The translations under genes and the position numbers were made by a program. The notes below the pieces were generated by a model. That model searched no databases. It saw only the letters and a list, made by a program, of their open reading frames with translations, and was not told the DNA's origin. From Lingula anatina (Eukaryota > Animalia > Brachiopoda): a DNA stretch of 64,000 nucleotides. The stretch spans positions 24,786,225 through 24,850,224 of the forward strand of contig CM120640.1 in NCBI GenBank assembly GCA_051362555.1, in the 5' to 3' direction. Below are positions 23,701 to 40,725 of the stretch, piece by piece. Numbering within the stretch: position 1 is the stretch's first letter; every line of letters starts with the position of its first letter.

Positions 23701-26700
23701 TAAGTGATTTTATTGCGTAACAGCATACCCCACCAAGAGACCAGACGGTGAGTTAATGAACGGTAGGATCACACTGAGATCTACCTGATAAAATAGCCGT
23801 GATCACGACGATTCAATGACTTGGTTGGCTAGTAGTCTAAACTAATTGACAAAACACTTAATAATATGTGATAATATGTGGTAATGTGATGTCTACATGT
23901 ATGTATGTATGTAGTCTTTAATAGTTATATGAAGATATACCCATCTACACGTTTTCAAATACTTACGAAAAGAAGCTCGTCTACTTTATAAAACACCTGA
24001 CCCGAGGAATGGATTTCTGGGTCGCCTGAAAAAGCAATATTAAAATGGAACATATATATATATTTTTAATTTCTGTACATATTTGTTCAAATATTCCATG
24101 CTATTATACCGTGATTTGGACATAAGTTTATAACCATAAACCTACTCTTGTCCATTCCCTCTCCCTTTGAGCATCTTCATGCCAGCCCATAGATTAAGTA
24201 ATGGCTTTCAAACAGATTGCAAGATGTAACCAAGCCTAATGAATGATTTTGCAAAATTTCCACTGACCTGCAGTCTCTAAGTACATAAACAGGTATCCAA
24301 GCCCAGCAAGGCTTGCAGCGAGCACTAGGAATGTCTGAATATGAAAGAAAAACATATGGAAAAAGTCAAATATCTAAATTGTAAAATATGCCTGATAACT
24401 GGACAAAGAAAAGATCATTTCTAAAATGTTGATAAAACTCCTGTAGTTTCGAACAGCAAATAATTATCTGTCATTTAAATTATGCATTGTGTATGTTACC
24501 ATATCCCTTATTCATAGATCGACGAGGTGGGAAGTTTACCCCTACCCAAATTGGCTGTAGCAAGATTACTGGCATCTTGGCAATAGCTTTTCCCGCTTCC
24601 TTGAATAGCTGAACCACCTGCAAATACAATTAAACCACTTAATTATAAGGCAACATGCAGCTTTTTAAAAATGCCCTACGCTAGAACAATAGGTGAATCT
24701 ATCTGAACGTAACGTATGGCAATTTATTTATATTCTATATCAGCTCTTTTTGTTATTATTTACAAAAACGGGCATGCATACCAGAGCAATTCTCTTCCTC
24801 ATGACCAGCAATATGAGTAGAATGATCAACTGAAACAAATGAAATAAATATTTAAGTTCACGTTTTGTGGCATAATTGTTACAGTAGATGATACGGTGCA
24901 CATGTTATTTACTTGTTATATACATATATATTAATATTTTTTGGCTGAGAGGAATATAGCTGTATCTCTTATGTACATGGCTGTTTGGGGAACGTAATAT
25001 TCAAGTTACGATTAAGAGAAAGATAAATAACCGTCGCTTTAATTTTAGTTAATTTAAAAGTCAATATTCGTTAAAGCCTGTGTGTATTCTCATTGTCCAT
25101 CTGAAAAGCAAGCCATATTTGAATGACTCCTACCGTAATGCCTGACACCACACAAGCAATAATCAGCCATCTTGTCACCAGTTCCTTGTCTTCGTCAGTT
25201 TGGTCGGATACAGGTGTTTCATTCAGTGCCTTGTTGTATGTGTACCAGGTGTACCTGTGTTAAACATGACCATACCTTAACAATATAGGTTTCATGTCAT
25301 AGAAAAGTAACTTGACAATGTTGTGTGTTTTATAATTTTACTGATTGAAAATATAGTATTGATTGCGCTCATTTTTTCGCTAACGATGTGGAACATTTGG
25401 AAGCTACGAGAATAATTTTTCAATTGATTTATCAACGCAACTTATTGCCTTGATATTTACATGGCAAACAGAATATCAGGGCTGCCATTTAAAACTGAAC
25501 AACCAACACTTAGCAATGATTAGTTCGTGAAATGGTTCTGTAGGAGATTTGCTTACCAGCAAAATCCAGTTCCAGCCAAACTTCCCAGTGCGCAGACAAT
25601 GATTACTAACCATATGATGACGCCAGCAAAGAACCGCAGCAGAACCAAAATTATCAAAGCCACTCCTGTAGATTTATAAGAATAATATAAATTAAAAGAT
25701 AGAAATGAATATCTTTTGTCTTTTTGCTCTGTGCTACAGAGGCTATGCTGCAGAGGCCTTAGTGTATTGCTAAACAGTGGACAGACTCTACCTTGTAATC
25801 TGTTTTCGGTTTTACTTTTCCTTACCTACAGAGCCACTGCTAAGATATGCCATTTCGCGCCACGCAGTCTCCATGTCCGTGGTAAGCTTCTACAATTGCA
25901 TAAAATAATACCACTTTTCAAAGTCAGTTTTGAAAATTTTGACAATATTTGATGCCAAATGGATAAATTTACTATGTATAAGTGACGATCAAGACCAGTG
26001 GAATAATAATGTATATTTTTTGTGGGACACCGCAAAATAAAAATAAGTGATATAAAAATACCAAACGTGTATGCAAATTATAAATAACATATGATCCATA
26101 TTGATCAATATACGCGTCAATAAATATGCATTCTATCAGTGACCCAAGATATAATACCGATAAACGACATACTTACTTGGAGAAAATCCTCGTCCAAGGC
26201 ATTAAGTACAGTGGACATGCCTGATGCCACAGACTGAGCCGCATTAATAGCAGCGGCAGGGATACAACGGTGAAGGATGCTCGCACTACAGCAAAATAAT
26301 AATAAAAAAAAACATGATGGGGTAAATCTCATCTTTAATTTAGCCAGATTCTTAAGCATTCCCCCCCCCCCCTACCCTCAACAGTTCAGATTATTTTTCA
26401 CACGATGTCATGTCACACGTGACTTATCAAAATGTATATAATTGCTTTTTTGGGAGAAATTGATCACTCCATTTAGGTTTTTTTCTATATTCCTTTCTTA
26501 GCAACTGTAACCTTTCTTCTTACGTAGACAGTACTGGCAGTGGTGGACAAGTGGCATCAGCAGCAAGTGAACCCACGTGGTAGCTGGAGACACTCACGTC
26601 ATAGTGGCAAAGACGAGAGTCATTCACAGTGGCAAATTCTTGTAAAGCTGTCACGGTAGCGATGTCCGTCGTAGGGCAAGATTTAACGCACAGTTTTACA

Positions 26701-29208
26701 GTGTTTCCCGTTGGGTTGGCTGAATGCAGGAAGTTGTAGTGGTATAGGTTTCTGTAACGTAAGGAATTGGATTTTGTGCTAAAATTATATTTCATTAAGG
26801 TGAAGTTGTTGGAACCCCACATAACCAGTATGATTTAAAATGGAAGGTTGATTGTCATAGTGGAAGGTTACTGAGGGCACAAAACGTTGATAGGGATTTT
26901 CAGAAATGTTTTCACCGCAACATACGCAAATACAAATTTTTTAAAAGTGTATAACAAAATTTAAAAAATACAAAGACGTGATATTTTTTAAACAATTTAT
27001 AATCAACGCAATGGTCACTTACGCAATTCCAGTCATGTCCTTGCCAGAGCTGGTTACGTTGGGGATAATTTCATTTTTTTGATTACACACATTTCCCCAG
27101 CTGTCGACCCCGTAAACCAGCATGTTAGGGTTCCCTTTCGTGATGCCTAGATAAGACACATAGCCCTAGATGCAAACAAAGAAATTAAGGGAATATCAAA
27201 AATTATATCAGACGAGGGTGGCTGGATTATTAACACGCGTAGAGTAAAGGTGGTATACACAATAACAGCATGATATAAAACCGAGGACATCAATCTATTC
27301 ACACTTCCCTTCTTTTTCTCTGACAGAAAAACATCATAACGATTAAATTATTGGATAGATAAAAAAGGAAACGTGCTATTGTAGCAGGGTCAAGGTAATA
27401 TATTTCGCAAGTTTGTTCAATCGATTTTGCAACTGTCTCAATATAGGAATGACAAATATCGTGTCTGGTTTTGCTTGGAATGGAATACGTGCACTGTAAA
27501 TATATGGAATATTCACAAAATATATTTTTTCAACTATAAATGCTATGGGGGATTACTTGAGCAACAGTATTTTGAAAATAAAATACCGAAAGATTGCCTT
27601 TAATCGTTGTAAATCAATTGTCTGGTTGTGGATGTAATGCAAATAGTTGATAAAACCGAGTAATCCAAAGGACTTAAGTCTCACAAGCTTGTTTGATTTC
27701 GGTTCTATCATATTAACTTATAATCTAAATTTAATGTATGCTAAGATTCGACATAAGTCTGTTGGTTTTATCAACTTTGAACAAATTGCATAAACCAATA
27801 TTTATACGTATAGAGAAAAGAAACTACCATCCTAGCCATTTTCAGTATTGGCAGTAAGGGTTTGACAATGTAACAGACTCGGAAAAAAAAAGAAAAACCA
27901 CAGGCTCGCCTCCTGTACACGTGTATTTCTTACCATTCCCCCCAACGCAGCAATGAATAGTAAGAGGAAGAAAACGTCAGTGCAGCCCCTGTTTTTAAGT
28001 GGACCGTCAAAGCCATCGTCCACACGGTCAGCAGGGGAGACCTGGAACGTAAACATCAGTAAAAATTAAGTAAAAACTGCTTTACATTATGTTTGATATG
28101 CTTGGTGATACTGTTTTTTTTCCAATGAATTTAGACAAAATTTGCTTTGCTTCCAAGTGTAAAGCAGATGGAATATAGGCTAAATTACTCTCGAGGGAGA
28201 GAAAACAAAGCACCGCTGACATTTAAAAATAAAAGGTCCTCCCTAAACCGAAGCACAAGGCAATAATAAAAGATAGCTACAGATAAATAGAAATCATTGT
28301 ATCAATACATACTTATGTATTGTATTAATGCATACGTATGTACATGTAAATGATATTGGTAAATGAACTAGAATATCAACAAAACAATGTTTTACCTTTT
28401 CCGGATGCACCTGAGAGTTACCGTTCATTATGCGACATCATTCCTAGACCATTTTTTTCTGTTTCACGTTCAAGTGTATTTAAAATGTATGAGAAATGTT
28501 GATAAAAAAGTTTCTTATCCATTAAATACACACTACATTGTGTTTCCTCGATGTAGAGCTAATAAATTCATCGTCTGAAGTAAAACAGACCGTTCATACT
28601 TCGACAGTATGGCGGCAATCCTTGACGTACAGGTTAGCAATAGCAACCTCAGGTATATCGAAAGAACTAGTACAGTTGCATGTGTTAAAATGCAAAAAGG
28701 CGCATTAATCAATACACATTTTCCGGAACTCTGAACAGCCATTATATAACTCAAAAGAATTACATGAATGAATCCACAATGGACACAAAAGAATCAGTTC
28801 TTTCGACAGGTGTTATGAATAACTTATATTACCTGTACTTCCAATATCGATTTTTTACAAGCACTAGCATGGATGTTTAGAAATAGTCGCCTCGAAACGA
28901 ATATAATGAGCATAATACAAACTGCACATAATGAGCATAACATACAGATCAATATTTCATTCAGGTAGCTTTGGCAACATGGTCAAGTTAACCTACTCCT
29001 ATACATTGATACACCGCACACTATTTAATGATTAACATGTCGTTACAAAAAATGTATAATTTTAATTTTACGTTTTGTATTTTGGGGACGTTTTAATCAA
29101 GACCGTTAAAATAACTTAAAAAAAATAATACAAAAAAAAGAGGGAAAAAGAGAAAATTACCATAATGGGAACAACCCTCGTGTCCGCAGCTCGACCACAG
29201 CACACCAT
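20733..29208 (-). CDS. SLC44A1: Choline transporter-like protein, SLC44A1/CTL1-like (~20 coding exons)
   Basis: Exons from 29208-29161 (MVCCG...), 28041-27934 ([13 protein letters not shown]), 27165-27023 ([10 protein letters not shown]) and 26751-26524 (CVKSCP) through [43 protein letters not shown] and [10 protein letters not shown], to a last exon 20813-20733. Confidence 0.92.
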
Positions 29209-29759
29209 TGTCAGTATGATCTAGCATGCAGGAAAACGTGTAGTTCCCATTTCTACCTGGAGAAAACAATTATATCTTGTCTGTCAACAATCTGAAAATC
29301 CGGTTTGGTTTGTTAATTAAGCCATATGCATCGCAGAGACTTAAATAGCTCCATGTCAGTCGTCAACATTCGTGCATTCGTCAACAACCCACTTACTAAT
29401 ACACACATACCATGGGGGACACGAATGAAATTGAATTTATGTAAACTTGAGATAAAAACAACGCTAGGCTTTGACATGCAAAGTACCAATTTAAATGAAA
29501 ATTCACGGTTTTTTTACAACATAAAACAGAGACCGGCTCTCCAGCTGTAAATGATGTCAATAGTTAAATGAATCGGATTCACTGTTTGAAATACTATAAT
29601 CTTATGCAAAAAATTAAAAGGGAAGCGGGATTCTTTTGTTGGATAGTCGAACATTATAACAAAAACGGTGCACTCAGTACGGTGGGCACAATGAACCTAT
29701 CACTTGTATTTTGGCATTGGATGATACTATGTAAATGAATTACATGCCATAACTACCAA

Positions 29760-29797
<38 letters not shown>

Positions 29798-29847
29798 GGA
29801 AGTAAAATAAAAAGTTATAGAAAACATAAATCCTGCTGTTGACTCAC

Positions 29848-29912
29848 CTATTTCTCTTTTCCTCAAAGTAAATCATCACGTGGTACGTTTATGTCGTCAT
29901 CGTGACGTCAAC
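29848..29912 (-). promoter_or_regulatory. Probable non-coding first exon and promoter of the SLC44 gene
   Basis: G|GTGAGT donor at 29847, E-box CACGTG (29877-29882) and CRE TGACGTCA (29903-29910). Acceptor at 29257 ahead of the ATG exon. Confidence 0.45.
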
Positions 29913-31413
29913 AAATGGACCTTTTTTGTTCTTTAGAAACATGCACAGCACGTTTGCGCAACAGCAACAAAAACTAATTTCATCAACTTTTTTTTCAAAA
30001 ATGCATAATCGATTGTTAAGAATTTTTTGTACACAAAGGAAACCATGGAAACAACAAAACAAACAAAATGCAAATAACGAAAAATCTCTCCAAACCTTCT
30101 CACTCTTCTTTTCACTCAGGCATAGCCTATAAACATACCAATGGCATTTTCTGACAAATTTGAACTGAAATTTTTGAAAAAAAAAGAAAGTTTTCATAAA
30201 TGAAAATTATCAAACACAAGCCGAAAAACTTTCATACCGTTAGCTTACGGCCAACCTGGACGTAGACCTTCATCAGACTGATGTAAGCAGATGTTGACAC
30301 TCACTGACCGCTAGGTGGTATAGAGTCCAGGACCCTCTTATAAATGTCAGGTAGATCGAACCCCCCCCCCCTCCCCCCCATTCATGGGTGGCTGGTTACC
30401 GCTGATGTTGATATCCTCTCGTATCTTGCGTGGGATGTCAGATGACTCGGACTCAAGGATCTTGGTCAATACTGTGTCTGTTTCATGTTCAGAAACGGCA
30501 GAGCTGGTATTGCCTACAGTATTGTATTGATATTGCCTACAGTACGGTTTTAATAATTTTCACTTATGATCTAAATACCAAGCTAATGACCATTTTTGCT
30601 CAAGAAAGTTTTCCTCTGTTTTGTTGTATCTCTTCTTGTTTGTTCCGTTCTATATGAAAACCCTTAAGGAGGCCTATGCGCTTATCGTCTAAACGCACCA
30701 TTTGTATCTTAGAGTAAACAAATAATGATTATTTTTATTGATAAATGTAATAAACACATTTGCATTTGGAACGTAATGTATTGTCATTATCATATCTGTT
30801 TCCTTAGTGTTAATGTCACGCATCTTATGTTCACGTCACGTACCTCTCATCCCCGAAGTACCCTGGGTTTCAGTTGTCTAAAAAGGCAAGTTCGTCTTTC
30901 TTTCACCTATTTCTTGCTTGACCGCTAAACATTTTTTTCGAAATCTGTTCCGTCAATCATGGGTAATGCTCCCGGTAAATAAACATGTATATCCAAAATA
31001 TCGATACCAGATAAAACCGCTGTATTTTCAGCTGTGTATGGCATGTGAAAAAAAAAGAAAAATAAATAAATAAAATAAAATAAAATCTTTTCTGAAAACA
31101 AGATCACCTTCAGGAGTAACGGAGACTTTTGTGAAATGCTTGGATATTTGAGTCTCTCATTTATTAATTAATTAATTTATTTATCTATTTATTTATTTAT
31201 TTGTTTGTTTTTGTGTTTGTTTATCTGTTTATTTTAAGAGGAAATTGACAATAAAAACGATGCCAAATATAATTATTATAATAATAATAATTTATTCAGC
31301 TTTTAAAATGTTACATTTTAACATTGTTCGCTGTCCAAGCTACTTCTAACAGTACTCTATTATGCTTACATCAAAAAAGTTGATAAATATAATGATTTTA
31401 CTTCTCTCTTATC

Positions 31414-31529
<116 letters not shown>

Positions 31530-31917
31530 CTAATTGTTGTGAAAAATAGATATTCGGAGCTCCACTACCCCACCAAGAGCTAAAACCCATATATGCTGAA
31601 TAATATGCCCTTGCGTCATTTTTCTTTTACAAACTTTTATTGTGGAATGGCAGTTACCCATAAATTTTTTTTCTGTTAACCTAATGAAACATGACAAGAA
31701 GAATAAACACAGTAACTAACTCAGAAATATCTTCTACAGTTTTCAGTTTGAGTGTACCCAGGCATGGTGCGAAGCTGTTATCAATTTAAAACGCCAATAA
31801 AGCAATATGTTTATGCGTTGCACTTTACTCAAACATAGATTTGCTTTATTAACGGAAAAAGGGGGATCAGACCAGTTTGGCTTGAGCCCTTCGAAAAATA
31901 GCATCTATAAAATCACG

Positions 31918-35319
<3,402 letters not shown>

Positions 35320-37173
35320 TTAGACTGGGTTGTGTATGTTATATGTTCTCAACTGAAGTTTGACCGCCAGTGCATTTTGTGGGGTCGTCTCTTACGTCGG
35401 AAAGCGCGTCATCTTCCCACTTCTGCCGGAAGATACGGTTTCGCTGCAATGATTCCTAGGTGAGGCGTAACCACGAATAATTTTCTCGGTATAATCATCA
35501 GACACGTGCAGTGAGTAGATGGTCATGTTCTCTCTCTTCTGCGAAGCATGTTTATGCGACTGCATTGTTTCTAAAAAGCCAATCGCTTTCAATTGAAAAA
35601 GGTAGATGAAAAAGATCACCAAACGAAAAAAAAAAATCTTAAAAGCACAAATTTCACTAACATGATTGCCGATGATCTGTACTTATTTCCATTTGACCTT
35701 AGTAAAAAAGACCCTAGTACTGTTAATTGTCGACACAATTCCTCGTGGCCTTTAGTCATCAACAATTATCAACAAGCTGCGTTTGTCTTCATCAGTGTCT
35801 TCATGGCCTTAAAACAGTATATACACCACAGCAGCTGAGCTAAAATCTTTGCCCAACTGAATTTCGCGCTTTGTAGCTATTAAACCGAACACACACGGAA
35901 ATTCTGTTGTCTTGAAATATAATCATACCCCTCATCTCTAAAGATACATGTAGATTTTTCCAAAAGTATTATCGTGAAATAATGAAATAGGTAGGCCTAC
36001 GTTCAGGTGACCTAAAATGGGTTTTATCCAAAGTGGAACTGCAAGAAACGCATATAATCGAAAAAGGTGCTTTTACTAATGTATATCTTAAAGCCAGTTT
36101 TTTAGTCAGGTACTTGATAAATATATAACAAAGTGATAGTAGGCCAAAAGTGAATTGCTTCGGACGCAAGAGAAATAACAGTAACGTCATTTTTGCGTCA
36201 GTTTCTGAAAACGGGATCCCGTCAATTGTTAATTTCACTACTACCAGTACGTTCCAGTATGTTGTGTTTGATACATATTTTCATAAACTACATTGCCACT
36301 TTTGATACTCAGTATTTTCAAGCGTTTTCCTGGACACAGAAAAAATCCCAACGGAAAATAACTAAATCGAAACTTCTTTGTTGTTCACATTTTACCTTGG
36401 ACTGATTTTTCTTAGCTTATCAGCTAGTTAGTCTTTCAAACAGAGTACACATCACTTTACTTTTGCGTTGGCTTGCAGAGGATAGCTCTCCGGGATGCTC
36501 ATTTAATCGACCTTGACATCGTAAAAGTGAGAACTGTGTTTGCGCTAATGTCCTGTGGAATTAATTATTCACAGATTCCTTAGGTAAACATGTAGAAGAG
36601 AAGGAAGAGAAGAGGCGGATTTGTCTACATCGGATGCTTGCTACAGGCCACTCATTTTAACAATAGAACAGCTACTAATTTGTGACAAAAATCAATATTT
36701 CTATAATATTCTTTGACTCACATTTTGTTTGACAACAGAAAAAACCTTCCAAGCACGCTATCTAAACGTCTGCGCGAGCTAACTAAATAGACCCGAGGGA
36801 TATATTGCACTGCAATTGAGCACAACTGATTAATTTATTTGATCGCGTCAGCCTTACTGACAACGTCTTATCTGTTGACATGATGTTTTAGTATGCTGTG
36901 AGTCGCTGGGTAACGTGTTGGCCGGTGGCGTAGACATAACGCTACAGAACACACAGCAGAGAACTACATAATAGAACCAGCAACAAAGGTACACGTGAAA
37001 TAGCCACTACCAGCCGGAACAATGTATGTTTAAACAAGCACAGTCAATTTCCTGGTTTTACAATCTCTAATTTACTGTGCCGATTTGTCGTTGAAACATA
37101 TGCGTACTGTATCTATGAAAAGATGGAGAAGAGAGACCACTGACCTCCCATTGGGACTGATTGAAGCTCTGAA

Positions 37174-38663
37174 ATGGCTGTAAACGAGACATCCTCAAGT
37201 TTTATATTTTTTGTAGCATTTTTCTATATTATTATCACTTTTTTGGAAGGTAAGTAACTGTTACACAGTAAAGGATAGTTTACTATCTAGAAAAATTCCA
37301 CAGTGTTAAGAGTTTAGTTTCATGTTATCTAGGCTAATAAGTGGTGAATGTTGATTGTTTCTGCTCCCGTTTCCTAGCTGCGTCAATCTCGAAAAGTAGA
37401 TTAAACGAAGAGCGATTTTATAATATGGTATATAAGACCATAAAAACATCGACCTCAGAAGCAAATACTAATGCTATTAAGATACTATATTTAAAAAATA
37501 TATATATATTTCTATTTTGCAATATAATACTAAAGGTGTCCGCCAGGACGTGATAAATTATATGTGACATTGCATTAAAGGTTACTTTCCCGATCGCGAG
37601 TTGTTAACATATAATACTCTTATGACAGGTTCTTGTCGCATTTTATACGACATCATCCCACTTATATCTTTTTATAGCCCGGATATAACGCGATGGCTTT
37701 ATTAATTTTTTATTTTCTTTTCTTTGTTTTTTTGCATCTCACGGTTTCGATGATTTTTCGTCTTATTCTATATACATTCTAAAATAATAAATAAAATTTG
37801 ATTAAGCCATCGTGCAAAGTTAGCGATACACACTATATTTTGAAACAAAATTTTGTTTAATTCAGTGGAAAACCGTATGATAAATACTAGTTTGAGAATC
37901 TATATTATTTTCATCTCCAGAGTTCACTAGAGCCGTATGCCCACTTTTGTATGATTGTAGCTGTTCTCTCAAAGATAGATAAGCTTGTTTATGAGAATAT
38001 GTAGGTGACTTTAAATTTATTTTACAGTGCTGCAAGGTACAATTATCAATAATAATGAGCTTGCGTACTTGTTACGATTACTTTAACATATTTTTTTCTT
38101 TTAGTGCAAACCACTGAAGGGAATAACAACATTACTAATAATATTACAACAACAACAACAACAACTCAGGCGGCAACTCGTAAGTTACTTATACACAATT
38201 AAAAGGACAATCTGTAACTTCATTCTAGATCTAAAATTTCAGTAACGCTGATCCAGAGAATTCAATCTGTTTAGAAAACATCATGTCATACTTTGAAAAA
38301 AAAAAAAAAGAATTTCACAGTATCTGAATTCGTTTTGTAATTTTAGTATGGGCATCAATCGTTTAATTAGATAGAAAAACATTTTAAACTTTTTGTATTT
38401 ATTCAAATAGTCACATTTAACTTGACTACTTATTATTTGATGTCACTATCTGAGTCTATGTTTTTTATTTACATTACTTTCTTCCTCCAGTGTATCCATT
38501 AGTGGCAGGCACGGACCTTACAGTGCTGGACTTGGCTGCAATAATTGTTGGTGCCTTCATCCTAGGAAGTTTTATTATCATAGCCCTATATCAAGTAGTT
38601 CACCCCGAGGAGACAACAAAAGCGAAGCAAAACAAACTTTCACCAACTGCAAAAGAACATTAA
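37174..38663 (+). CDS. Small mucin-like type I membrane protein (~107-110 aa)
   Basis: Exons 37174-37249, optional 9-nt 38028-38036, 38105-38179 and 38491-38663, all phase 1 with canonical sites. Hydrophobic leader, NIT sequons plus poly-Thr, TM LAAIIVGAFILGSFIIIALY, short charged tail. Confidence 0.7.
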
Positions 38664-40725
38664 CTACGCAAAAAGAGGACCCATTTTATAGAAGGGCCTT
38701 TCTGGTTAATTTTGCTATCTGCCCACAACCCCCCCATTCTGCCATGTCACTTGCCCTAGCATTTTGTTCGGTAGGCCTAGTGAAATTCAGCTAAAAATTA
38801 CATCGAGCAGTGAATATTTAATAAATCTTGAAAAAAATCTTTCAGAATCAAGTTGCTGGTTAACTTGTTATTAGTGTGATTTTATTAGAGGCGTGGCATC
38901 CTTCTGGCGAGAAACCTGCATGTTCGATGGAATAGCCTACTTTTTATAATAATGAATGAAATAGTTCAGGAAGTAGGACCAATGAAATTAGTGTGACTTG
39001 GAGCGCATTCAGAACAGATGATCCGCGGACTAACTGATCCGCCGACTAACATGGCCGACTCCACTTAAAAGCAGCGTCGTTTAATCCCCAGATGGTCACC
39101 CCGCCTCCACACAATAGACCAAACAGTTTTCCTCGAAATGTGTTATCTATATTGCATATGTGGTGAAAAAATTTGAAAAAATTGGACCGATCAAACTTAT
39201 TTTCAGCCTTGATCTGTATTTTATGAATATTCAAGAGTTCTGTAAGTTTGAAGACAATAGGTCAAACAGTTTTCCACTTATCATGTTATCTCTGAAAGTG
39301 CATGGCGACGCCGACGACAGACGCAGGTGATGGCTATATGTACAGAGATTGTCACCCGATGTGTATGAAAAGAAAACAGTTCCATTAACTATGTTAGGCC
39401 TATGTTACACTCAAATCCCCTTAAACGTAGATTTTGACCCACGCCACAAACCCAAAAGGCTGTTACCCCCCCCCCCCCCCCCCCGATTCTTCGCGGAATC
39501 ACATCGAAGGCGTCGCTTACATAGATCCTGCAGACAGAAGTAACAAAATGTACACAGGTTCAATGTTACGACGGATCTCTTAGAAGTCAGAAACAGAAGC
39601 CTTGACGACATGCTTACGTAGCTTATTCAATATGCACATGCTGTTGTACAGGATGCATGTATGTAATAAAATATACATCTTGGTTAATATACATCTTTCT
39701 CTTATTATTATTATTGGTTCAACAATTTGTACAAACATGTAGGTATGTGACTGAGAAGGCCCTGTAATTATATTTCTTTTTTTTTTCCTTTTTTTGCGCC
39801 AACCTGCACAAGTTCTCCAATAGCTAGTCTTTTAAAAACATATAGGGGTCTACTAGTATAGGCCTACCTTTGTGTCAGCGCATCTCGATCATATTCTAAG
39901 TGCGGTGGGAGATTATAATTTTGGGCCAATGTCACCATAAATTTTCGGAGCAAAGAATAAAGTTTAATATAAAGAAAATGCAGAACAAAGGACGTCTATG
40001 TAAACAAGAAGGGTCTACCAGAACATTGGTAGGGGCCGACGACTTCATCCTACAGGGTATCTGGGATAAAAAAAAAAAAAAAAAAAAAAAAGGGAGCTTA
40101 AATTTGAGATTAATAGGACACCTGAAACAAGTAGGTTTTTTTTAAATATTGAATCAACTCTGTTAACATTTATGCCTACATTGTCACGAACCACTGACAA
40201 GCAGTACAAATCAGTCCCCCCCCCCCACACACACACACGTACACCTTTTTTCCAAGGTAGTAACAGTACTTTAGAATAAGATGTCTAAGACAAATAAGTT
40301 GACGTGAATATCTGACTGTTTGCATTTATATAAAGCATCCTAAATTTGCATTTCATGTAGCGTTTTAATGATGCCAGAACTACCGTTGTGTGAGAACAAG
40401 ACAAGGAAATTTGAAAATTCTTTTGAAAAATTAATGCACATTGTAATATAGGTCTTTATCAACTATCAGCAAATCTACAGACACTCTCTGATATAGCTTT
40501 GTTAAATTAAATGAAACAATAATTATCAACGATCAGTTTAATCGGCGAGTTTTGACACTGGACTCAGCATTTCTATGACCTTGACCTCAAAAGCTTTGGT
40601 GTTTAATTCCGCATTCAAGTCTCGTTTCTGATTATTATGAAAACAATGCAATGGTGTCCATAAAGAGGGAGGAGAGGAGCGGTAGTGGATAGTGTCAACT
40701 TAAGCCGTAGACGAAGCGATATAAG

